From NCBI RefSeq assembly GCF_000020025.1, contig NC_010628.1, positions 7,170,001 to 7,202,000 of the forward strand: a DNA stretch of 32,000 bases. The letters are read 5' to 3'. The stretch is from Nostoc punctiforme PCC 73102 (GTDB lineage: Bacteria > Cyanobacteriota > Cyanobacteriia > Cyanobacteriales > Nostocaceae). A program made the translations under genes and the position numbers. Under the pieces are notes generated by a model. That model was not told the origin of the DNA, did no database searches, and was given only the letters and a program-made list of their open reading frames with translations. This document shows positions 1 through 7,335 of this stretch, piece after piece (positions within the stretch are counted from its first letter, which is position 1; every line of letters begins with the position of its first letter).

Positions 1-150
1 AACTTAGTTATGCCAGATAAAACACGCCATAGCCGAATTCAGGCTGCACAAGTCCCCAGGTTGATGGATAAGCATTTTGGTGACAAGAGTTTAGAAGCAC
101 AGCCTGAGAATTTAAGGGAAGTGGCGATAACTAATGGCAAGCTTTGCTGA
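1..150 (+). CDS. 3' end of an unidentified ORF entering from upstream of the window
   Basis: Frame 1 is open from base 1 to the TGA at 148-150 (..MPDKTRHSRIQAAQVPRLMDKHFGDKSLEAQPENLREVAITNGKLC*). I recognise no family. Confidence 0.2.
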   Translation, partial: NLVMPDKTRHSRIQAAQVPRLMDKHFGDKSLEAQPENLREVAITNGKLC

Positions 151-323
151 TGTAGGTAGGTAAGCATGAATAAACCTAACTATGCAATAAAATGTAACAT
201 AGCTGAAATCTTTGTGATTGCCTCTCATAAGAGATGCGCCGCATAGCTTGCTTCTTTGCAGGAGTAGGTTTCACTCGCAATTACGTACTTGTAGATTTTC
301 CCACCCACCTATTTAGTGAAATC

Positions 324-352
324 TTGACATTTCAATGAGAAAGTTTAATAAT
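324..352 (+). promoter_or_regulatory. Sigma70-type promoter candidate
   Basis: A perfect -35 TTGACA lies at 324-329. After a 17-nt spacer there is an A/T-rich -10 candidate, AATAAT, at 347-352 (TAATAA/ATAATA in neighbouring registers). Confidence 0.4.
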
Positions 353-359
353 ATCTTCT

Positions 360-449
360 CAAGTGTGTTCCGTTAATACTCGGCCGTAAAGTCCGATAGA
401 AGTTTGCAATAAAATCAAAAAACTGGCTTTAATTAAGGCCAGTTTTTTG
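360..449 (+). ncRNA. Candidate ~90-nt small RNA (unnamed) between the promoter and an intrinsic terminator
   Basis: The promoter at 324-352 is followed ~60 nt later by a strong stem-loop and T-run at 417-449. No ORF of meaningful length lies between them. It is not recognised as a known RNA family. Confidence 0.3.
417..449 (+). terminator. Rho-independent terminator (symmetrical, potentially bidirectional)
   Basis: The sequence is AAAAAACTGGCTTT-AATT-AAGGCCAGTTTTTT. The stem pairs 423-430 with 435-442 (one G-U pair), flanked by an A6 run and a T6 run. Confidence 0.6.
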
Positions 450-610
450 AATGAGTAGGATTTTTACTAAGCAATTTTTAACTGGGATGATAATATAATT
501 TGGAAAAATTCAAGGGAATGTGGTTGATTGATGAATGCTTAGGCGCAAAGAGACTTGTCGTTAGACACCGCTTACACTTGAAGCGTCAATCATCAATCAT
601 TTAAACACAA

Positions 611-1033
611 ATGCCACATACCCCTCAGTGGATATACATTGTTTTTTTGACCTTTTCCACGATAGTCATGATTTTTCTATTCCGTCATGACTGGAATCGC
701 CTGGCTAAACTCTACCGCACGAAAGAAGCGCCGCCACAAAACTTTTCCCGAATGCAAAGCGGTTCTGTGGGTTTGGTTCACTACAAAGGAACTTTAAATG
801 TTGGGATAACTCCTCAAGGGATTTATCTGAGTATTTTCCCCTTATTTGGCTTGGGACTTCCGCCGTTGTTGATTCCCTGGAGTGCCATTAGGAAGATTGA
901 ACCTGCTAACCAACTATTTATTGAGCGTTTTCGTTTGTATCTTAGTTCTCCAAAAGTCAAGCTGATTTTAAGTAAAGATATTTTGGAACCAGCTAAAGAA
1001 TTTTTAGCCACACAGGGATTTGAGTGGATTTAG
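611..1033 (+). CDS. Hypothetical small membrane-anchored protein
   Basis: 140-aa ORF with one N-terminal hydrophobic helix (WIYIVFLTFSTIVMIFLF) followed by a soluble domain. No motif recognised. Confidence 0.5.
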   Translation: MPHTPQWIYIVFLTFSTIVMIFLFRHDWNRLAKLYRTKEAPPQNFSRMQSGSVGLVHYKGTLNVGITPQGIYLSIFPLFGLGLPPLLIPWSAIRKIEPANQLFIERFRLYLSSPKVKLILSKDILEPAKEFLATQGFEWI

Positions 1034-1145
1034 ATAAATCCCATTTTGACCCGGCTGATCATTTAAAATATAAAATTCCTCGTAATCATTTTTAAATTGG
1101 TATTAGAATCGCAAAACAGCATTTGCAATCTATTGGAGCATTGTC

Positions 1146-1391
1146 ATGAGCAACCTTAGCGTCCAGCTTCCTGACTCTTTGTACAAAAGTTTGCAGGAAC
1201 TTGCCAAACAAGACGGCATTTCTATCGATCAGTTTGTGGCGACAGCAGTTGCGGAAAAAATCGCTGCACTCACAACTGAAATTTATCTAAGGGAGTTAGC
1301 AAAGCTCGGCAGTCGAGAAAAATACGACGCAGTTTTAGCGAAAGTACCAGATATTGAACCGGAATCTTGCGATCAATTACCCACAGCTTAA
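1146..1391 (+). CDS. Ribbon-helix-helix (CopG/Arc/HicB-C-terminal-like) antitoxin-type DNA-binding protein, orphan
   Basis: 81 aa. The N-terminus MSNLSVQLPDSLYKSLQELAKQDGISIDQFVATAVAEKI fits the RHH beta-strand plus two-helix pattern typical of type II antitoxins. No toxin-sized ORF is adjacent. Confidence 0.6.
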   Translation: MSNLSVQLPDSLYKSLQELAKQDGISIDQFVATAVAEKIAALTTEIYLRELAKLGSREKYDAVLAKVPDIEPESCDQLPTA

Positions 1392-1598
1392 CAACGAAGC
1401 GATCGCCTACGGTTTGTCATAAGCAAGGCAAAGTAGTAGTTGCGATCGCTTAATATTTGTAGGCAATTGGGTTTAGCGCTGGTTTGGTGGGGTGCGTTAG
1501 AAGCAGCGTAACCCATCGAAAGTATCTAGAAAAGTACGTTAGGAAAGTAACACAGCTACAAATAAATTTTCAATGCTAGTACAAGGCTAGTTGTCTAA

Positions 1599-4478
1599 TC
1601 AAAGCTGATGTGGGTTACTTATTGGAGTCTGATCTAAATCTTGATTGAACTTTGTTAAGTCTTTACCCTCAAGAAGTGTTCCTTGAAGATTCGCCCCTTC
1701 AAAATTTGCCTTTTCAAAATTTGCGTCTACAAAATTCTCTTGAGCAAGATATGCCCCTTGAAGATTCGCTTCTCTGAGATCCGCACTTTCAATATTTATC
1801 GGAAAAAAACTGGCTCTCTTAAGATTTGCTTTTCTAAGATTGCTCTGTTTAAGATTCACTAAAGTTAAAGTTGCATTTTCAAGGTTAGCATTTTCAAGAT
1901 TGGCATTTGAAAGGTTGGCATTTTCAAGATTGGCATTTGAGAGGTTAGCATTTTCAAGATTGGCATTTGAGAGGTTAGCACCTTGAAGATTGGCCCTTGC
2001 CATATTTACACCTCTAAGATTTGCATATCTGAGATTTGATTCAACAAGATTTGTCAATATCATCTCTACATCTTCAAGATTTGCTTCCTCAAAATTTGCA
2101 CCACAAAAATCTTGGATATGGAGAATTGAACCTTGTAAACATAAAAAACTAAGATATTTCAAAGATAAAACATCTTTATCTAATCTTTGTCCACGAAGAC
2201 GTGAGATCCATATACCAAAGGAATCAATATAAGGGCATTTAATATCTGATTTTTTTCTTGTTAATCGGGCACAGGCATTTAATACAGCTAACAAAGCCTT
2301 TTCTGCATTATGTGCTTGCCAATTTTCTAGCCAAAATTCCTGTCTGCGATTCAAAAGTTCCATTGGCATTCCATGACTTAACATGAAACTAATCAAGCGA
2401 CATAGGGTCTGCTGCCAGTTACTTACATCTGATAAATTCTGTAAACGAAGTTCATCTAGGATGAAGTTGAACAAATATTCATCCATTGAGGATGGACAAC
2501 ACAAAATTGCCCAATGCGCTAAAGCTTGTCGATCATCCCAGCCCCGATCTAGATCATTCTCTCGTTGTTCTAGTTCGTCATGAATACGTTTAATTCCTCG
2601 CACAATGCGTCTAGCTGTGAGATATTCACCAAAACTCTTATGAGTAAATTCAAAGGTTTTATCTTCTGCTCTAACCCCACTTTGCCGGAAATAAAAAGCA
2701 GCTAACAAACGAGTTAAACCTAATTTCGCACCTTCTTGAAATATGTTTAAAAGACGTTTTAAACCAATATTTTCACAATGATTTTCTATTTGTTTAACTG
2801 TTGTTGTCCTTCCATAACCATGCCAAGTAGCAAGAGCAATCTCTTCCAGAATTCGGACAAAATCTTTTTCTTCGATTCCCTGAATTGCCGGATGCTGATA
2901 ACCAGTCCAACCACGCTCATAAACTGCTTTAAGTAGGTCTTCATAAATAGCATTTAGGTTGCTATCTTCAGAAAAGCGTACTGTACCTCGTACAAAGCTT
3001 AAGGCAACCAAATAATTCAGCAAAGGTTGGGCAGTAATTTCTGTAAGTTTGCCTTGGTCTAGTTCTGATGGTAAGCCAGTATACTCGTAACCACTAGCTT
3101 TACCATAAGATTGCCACCAAACTTGCCGTTGATCTTGCTCTAAAAATTTATGAGTATCAATATAATTTTTCCTTTCATCTTCAGTTACAAAATAAGGCAG
3201 TATATGTAATATTTGCTGATGTAGACGAAAGTCAGTGCTATTTGCTTGCACTACCAGTTCCCGACCACTGATTAATACTTGTAATCGATTTTCACGCCCA
3301 TTAAAGCGATCTACTTTTTTTTGTACTTCACGAACAAAGTCTTGTGCAGTTTTTTCTGCAATTTTGCCCTGCATAGCAAGTTCATCTAAGGCATCAAAGA
3401 TAATGAGTAAACGTGATTCACCCTCGTCTTGCTGTAAAGGATTATGGCGAAGAAAACCATCATCTCGCACAAATTTACCCACTGCATCAACTAAGTCATC
3501 CGAGGGATCAAAATGATGCAAAGGTATAAATAACACAGAAATTTGTCCTTTTTCTGCCTGGTTAGCGGCAAAGATTTTGGCAAAAGAAGATTTCCCACTT
3601 CCTGGCCCACCACTAATTACTCGGATGGCATCATTGCGCTCACCCTTTTCTAACCAAAGTTCCAGTTCAGTTTCTAGGTCAACAACAATCTGCTCATATT
3701 TATTATCTTCCCTGGATCTACGTTCAAATTCTTCATTTTTTTCAACCTCAAGTTTACGGTGATAATAGGCACGCAAGGGAACATAAACTTGTTTGAGACC
3801 AAAGGCTTCCAAAAACATTGGTTCTTCAACTTGTTTTTGTAGCCATGCTAAATAACGCCGCCATCTTTGTTCCCGTTCACTTGCTTTAGTAAAGGGGGTA
3901 TCTAGCTTCTCTTTTAAAGAGGCATAGTCTTGAGGATGATTTCCCCAAAGTTCATTGAGAGCATCTACAAAATAGCTAGGAAGCCGATTACTAATTGTCT
4001 CTGCTTGAGGTTGGTTAAAACCACAGTCTTCTAACCATTCTCTAAAAGGAGTTTTAATTACTTCAAAAAGGGGTAAGTCTTTGGGACGCTCAAAAAAGTT
4101 TTGATCTATAACTAACTGACTGTTTTGCAATGACTTGTCTAAACGATTGCATAATACTTTAAAATCAATTTCCTTGCTTAATAAGTCTTTATTTCCTTCC
4201 TTCTTAACCAGTAAGTCTTTATTTCCCTCTACCAAGCTACGCATTGCCTGCATTAGAGAGCGGTAAATCAGCAACCATGCTACTTGTCCAGTATCTGCTC
4301 CTAGTCCAAGTGCGCCTAAAGTGTCTACCGCATCTCCAGCTAAACTGTCCCATTTACCAAAGCCAGCATCTACCGCAGCTTTGCCTAGAGATTTAAACAA
4401 ATCCCTGAAATTTACCTTGATATCCTTATTCCATATAGCAACTGGCTTGCTAACTGGAATTCCAGGGGTGTTGCTCAT
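1599..4478 (-). CDS. NACHT-type STAND P-loop NTPase with C-terminal pentapeptide-repeat module and unassigned ~285-aa N-terminal domain
   Basis: Walker A VISGGPGSGKSS is encoded at nt ~3588-3614, and the Walker B-like motif is LLIIFDALDEL. A long helical region follows. The C-terminal ~146 aa (nt ~1668-2105) are A(N/D)LxX pentapeptide repeats, including [10 protein letters not shown] x3. Confidence 0.85.
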   Translation of the reverse strand: MSNTPGIPVSKPVAIWNKDIKVNFRDLFKSLGKAAVDAGFGKWDSLAGDAVDTLGALGLGADTGQVAWLLIYRSLMQAMRSLVEGNKDLLVKKEGNKDLLSKEIDFKVLCNRLDKSLQNSQLVIDQNFFERPKDLPLFEVIKTPFREWLEDCGFNQPQAETISNRLPSYFVDALNELWGNHPQDYASLKEKLDTPFTKASEREQRWRRYLAWLQKQVEEPMFLEAFGLKQVYVPLRAYYHRKLEVEKNEEFERRSREDNKYEQIVVDLETELELWLEKGERNDAIRVISGGPGSGKSSFAKIFAANQAEKGQISVLFIPLHHFDPSDDLVDAVGKFVRDDGFLRHNPLQQDEGESRLLIIFDALDELAMQGKIAEKTAQDFVREVQKKVDRFNGRENRLQVLISGRELVVQANSTDFRLHQQILHILPYFVTEDERKNYIDTHKFLEQDQRQVWWQSYGKASGYEYTGLPSELDQGKLTEITAQPLLNYLVALSFVRGTVRFSEDSNLNAIYEDLLKAVYERGWTGYQHPAIQGIEEKDFVRILEEIALATWHGYGRTTTVKQIENHCENIGLKRLLNIFQEGAKLGLTRLLAAFYFRQSGVRAEDKTFEFTHKSFGEYLTARRIVRGIKRIHDELEQRENDLDRGWDDRQALAHWAILCCPSSMDEYLFNFILDELRLQNLSDVSNWQQTLCRLISFMLSHGMPMELLNRRQEFWLENWQAHNAEKALLAVLNACARLTRKKSDIKCPYIDSFGIWISRLRGQRLDKDVLSLKYLSFLCLQGSILHIQDFCGANFEEANLEDVEMILTNLVESNLRYANLRGVNMARANLQGANLSNANLENANLSNANLENANLSNANLENANLENATLTLVNLKQSNLRKANLKRASFFPINIESADLREANLQGAYLAQENFVDANFEKANFEGANLQGTLLEGKDLTKFNQDLDQTPISNPHQL

Positions 4479-4594
4479 AATATATATAGATGCTTGGCTA
4501 GCAGTATTTAGATAATCTATTTAAACAAGACTTTATAAGTAATGTCACTGCAACTAAAAAGTTGTAGCATTTTTTGTACAACAACAACACCTTA

Positions 4595-4855
4595 CTTAAA
4601 GTTGTCAGGCTCAAAGGCTCAACGTTGAGGATAAAAGGCTCAACGTTGAGGATAAAAGGCTCAATGCTGAGGCTAAAAGGCTCAACTCTCAGGCTCAAAG
4701 GCTCAACGTTGAGGATAAAAGGCTCAACTGTCAGGCTTAAAGGCTCAATGCTGAGGCTAAAAGGCTCAACTCTCAGGCTCAAAGGCTCAACTCTCAGGCT
4801 CAAAGGCTCAACGCTGAGGATAAAAGGCTCAACTGTCAGGCTTAAAGGCTCAAAA
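4595..4855. repeat. Tandem array of 21-bp units (11 complete, 2 partial)
   Basis: Complete units span 4616-4846 with consensus GGCTCAA-N5-AGG-NTNAAA. The variants are GGCTCAACGTTGAGGATAAAA (x3, plus one CGCTG variant), GGCTCAATGCTGAGGCTAAAA (x2), GGCTCAACTCTCAGGCTCAAA (x3) and GGCTCAACTGTCAGGCTTAAA (x2). Confidence 0.95.
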
Positions 4856-4880
4856 ATGACTTGGTGATTAGAAATCGCGG

Positions 4881-4910
4881 CTGCACAAACAAAACCCGCC
4901 TGGGCGGGTT
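4881..4910 (-). terminator. Rho-independent terminator for minus-strand transcription (end of the phn / 157-aa gene transcription unit)
   Basis: GC-rich stem AACCCGC / GCGGGTT (4893-4899 / 4904-4910), loop CTGG. On the minus strand it is followed directly by TTTTGTTTGTG. Confidence 0.6.
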
Positions 4911-4962
4911 GCAAAAATTTTTATACCATTTTGATTGATGATTGCAACACATCCTTGGGTAA

Positions 4963-5068
4963 AGACGCGATTCATCGCGTCTCTACAAATGGTCTATTTG
5001 TTGCATTCTTTTTTTAAATTGGTATTAGATACAAAATATGGTAGGGAAGCACGGGTGTACTTCCCTAC
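4963..5068. repeat. Two intergenic hairpin repeats
   Basis: AGACGCGA-TTCA-TCGCGTCT lies at 4963-4982. GTAGGGAAG-N10-CTTCCCTAC, a 9-bp perfect stem, lies at 5041-5068. Both sit downstream of the 157-aa gene and resemble dispersed hairpin repeats of Nostocales genomes. Confidence 0.6.
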
Positions 5069-5144
5069 GAGTAACGTGTATTGCACCCAAATTTATAACT
5101 GCGACGTAGGCGCAGCCAGCCGCAGGCATCGCCGATTTTAGGCT

Positions 5145-5618
5145 TTAGCTAGCTGCGGCTTCGGGTTTCTTTTTCTTGGAACGGCGGCTAAACCTGCGTC
5201 CCATCTCATCAATTACTGCATCTAAACCTGTAACATCACCGCTAGCTTTGGCATAGCTATAAATTGCTAATGCTGCTGCATAAGCTTCACTACCAGCCGC
5301 TATACAAGTATCATCCACCAGTTCTTGCAGTTGGGTTAGAGACAACAGCACCGGATACAAATCTTCATATATTTCCAAGTCCCGGCGCATCTCTTCCAAA
5401 TCAAAATAACGAGGCAAAAAGTTAGGGTTCTGTGTCGCCACTTCTAAAGCTTTACTGACAAAAGCCCGACTTTTATCTCCCATCTTGACTATGGTGCGTC
5501 GGTCTTCAGTAGTCAAATCAATTAAAAACGGTAACTTTTCTCTAATTGTAGCGATCGCTTGCATGACTGCTTCTTTATCTGCTGGGGCTAGACTGGCACT
5601 GATGCGATTCTCTGCCAT
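5145..5618 (-). CDS. Conserved-looking hypothetical protein (helical, basic C-terminal tail)
   Basis: 157-aa ORF on the same strand as phnE and 84 bp downstream of it. No recognisable catalytic motif. The C-terminus is RRSKKKKPEAAAS. Confidence 0.55.
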   Translation of the reverse strand: MAENRISASLAPADKEAVMQAIATIREKLPFLIDLTTEDRRTIVKMGDKSRAFVSKALEVATQNPNFLPRYFDLEEMRRDLEIYEDLYPVLLSLTQLQELVDDTCIAAGSEAYAAALAIYSYAKASGDVTGLDAVIDEMGRRFSRRSKKKKPEAAAS

Positions 5619-5702
5619 TTTTAATACTCCTTTAGGGTACTTAATTTCAGTATTCCCAAAGTTATATGGCTTTGCCTCAAATTTAAAATTAACAATTAAA
5701 TA

Positions 5703-6497
5703 CTACATAGAATCGAGCCGATGACGTAATTGGCTACTAAAAGCATCAATTACTGTGACGACAACCAAAAGCACTAACATCATGGTTGTTGCTTTTGTGT
5801 ACTCAAACCCATCGATGTAACTTTTTAACTGAAAGCCAATACCACCTGCACCAACTACACCCAAGACAGAAGCAGCACGGATGTTGTACTCAAACATCCA
5901 AAAGGTGTAACCCAATCCCAGAGGTAGTACTTGCGGGAGAATGCCGTATTGAGCAATCTGTAACTTCGAGGCTCCGATAACTTGCAAGGATTCAAGAGAA
6001 CGCGGATCAACCGCTTCAATTGCCTGTTGATAAAATTTGGCAAGGTAGCCGATGGTGTAGATTCCTAAAGCTAAAGTTCCTGCTGGTGCGCCTAAGCCAG
6101 TGGCGGCAACAAAAATTAGCCCCAGAATAATTGAGGGGACAGAACGTACAGTATTTTGCAGTAAATTAGCTAGCGATCGCAACCACCCAGGCGCAACGTT
6201 GCTGGAGCTAGCTATAGCAATCGGTACAGAAAGAATTGCCCCAATGGTAGTTCCCCATAAAGACATCTGTACAGTTTCAATTAATGCTTTAACTGCAATA
6301 TCTAAAACTTTCCAATCGGGAGGAAATAACCGGGTAATAAAATCGGTGATGTATGGCCAGCTAGAACTTAGCAGTTCAAAATCGAGTTTGAGTCCTCGCA
6401 AAGCCCAACCATAAACTACTACCACAATTAATAAAATGAGTAGAGAACTCAGCCAAGGGTAGAAACGTAAGCGTTTTGACTTAAAAAAATAACTCAT
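5703..6497 (-). CDS. phnE: Phosphonate-type ABC transporter permease
   Basis: 264 aa and multi-TM. It shows a typical PhnE-family pattern (..TVQMSLWGTTIGAILSVPIA.., EAVDPRSLESLQVIGASKLQ..) and lies in an operon with an ATPase and a PhnD-type SBP. Confidence 0.85.
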   Translation of the reverse strand: MSYFFKSKRLRFYPWLSSLLILLIVVVVYGWALRGLKLDFELLSSSWPYITDFITRLFPPDWKVLDIAVKALIETVQMSLWGTTIGAILSVPIAIASSSNVAPGWLRSLANLLQNTVRSVPSIILGLIFVAATGLGAPAGTLALGIYTIGYLAKFYQQAIEAVDPRSLESLQVIGASKLQIAQYGILPQVLPLGLGYTFWMFEYNIRAASVLGVVGAGGIGFQLKSYIDGFEYTKATTMMLVLLVVVTVIDAFSSQLRHRLDSM

Positions 6498-6600
6498 ATT
6501 GTATTGAAGAAGAATTCAGGAGTCAGAATCCAAGAGTCAGAATAAATTTTGAATTCTGGCGACTGACGTATGTATTCTGTTTTGTTAAATCAAATCTTAC
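6498..6600. repeat. Short-repeat element in the phnC-phnE spacer
   Basis: GAATTCAGGAGTCAGAAT..GAGTCAGAAT..GAATTCTGG. The first ~30 nt are nearly identical to 7345-7370. Confidence 0.7.
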
Positions 6601-7335
6601 TCAAGCGGAAACTCTAGCAAATTGAGCTTGTAAGTTGTCACAAAGTCCTTGGTAAACGACGCGTCCAGCATCTAAGACGATCGCTTGCCCTGCGTATTTT
6701 TCTGCGATTCCCAAATCGTGCAGAACTGCGACAATAGTCATACCTTGCTCAGTGTGCAATTCAGATAGAGTTTCCATGACTTGTTGCGATGCGACAATAT
6801 CTAAGCCAGTGATGGGTTCATCGACTAAGAGAATTTGCGGTGATTGAATTAAAGTCCGGGCGATCGCTACTCGTTGTTGCTGTCCGCCACTTAATTGACT
6901 GGTTTTTTGAAAAGCTAACTCTCCCAGTCCTAACTGTTCTAATAAATTTAGTGCCAAAAAGCGATCGCGTTTGGAAAATCCCAACAGTGTTTGCCAAGTT
7001 GTTCTTTTACCAAGGCATCCGCATAAGACATTTTCCAGTGCTGATAACTGCCGAATCAATCCACCACCTTGAAATAACATCCCAACATCGCGCCGAATCT
7101 TTGGCAGTGTTCGGGAATTCATCTCAACATTATTGACGATCACTTCTCCTCTCACTGATGGCACTAATCCAACTAGCGATCGTAGTAATGTAGACTTACC
7201 AGCACCGTTTAGCCCCAGCAAAACGACAAATTCACCGCGTTTAATCTGGCAATTAATCCCGTTGAGAATAGGACGATTGAGAGATGGAGTATAAGCTGTC
7301 TCTAGGTTATGACACTCAATAACATAATCATTCAT
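6601..7335 (-). CDS. phnC: ABC transporter ATP-binding protein (phosphonate-import type)
   Basis: Walker A GLNGAGKST, ABC signature LSGGQQQRVAIAR, Walker B ILLVDEP. The phn assignment comes from its position between phnD and phnE. Confidence 0.8.
   Translation of the reverse strand: MNDYVIECHNLETAYTPSLNRPILNGINCQIKRGEFVVLLGLNGAGKSTLLRSLVGLVPSVRGEVIVNNVEMNSRTLPKIRRDVGMLFQGGGLIRQLSALENVLCGCLGKRTTWQTLLGFSKRDRFLALNLLEQLGLGELAFQKTSQLSGGQQQRVAIARTLIQSPQILLVDEPITGLDIVASQQVMETLSELHTEQGMTIVAVLHDLGIAEKYAGQAIVLDAGRVVYQGLCDNLQAQFARVSA

Noticed and set aside
1034-1598. I searched for a HicA, PIN or other toxin partner of the RHH gene on both sides.
   Set aside because: No ORF of adequate length is present. 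The 1392-1598 spacer contains only HIP1 sites and a common GGGTTACGC..GCGTAACCC-type repeat fragment.
4595-4855. Possible CRISPR array.
   Set aside because: The units are contiguous with no unique spacers, the period is only 21 bp, and there are no cas genes in the window.
4498-4914. Two ORFs reading through the 21-bp array on opposite strands: 138 aa on the minus strand and 97 aa on the plus strand (4574-4867). They encode heptad-repeat peptides (EPLSLRV.. / LKGSTLR..).
   Set aside because: The repeat period is a multiple of 3, so any frame lacking a stop within one unit stays open across the whole array. The plus-strand ORF needs a TTG start, and the minus-strand ORF starts inside a terminator hairpin. 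Neither has RBS support. I treat both as repeat artefacts.
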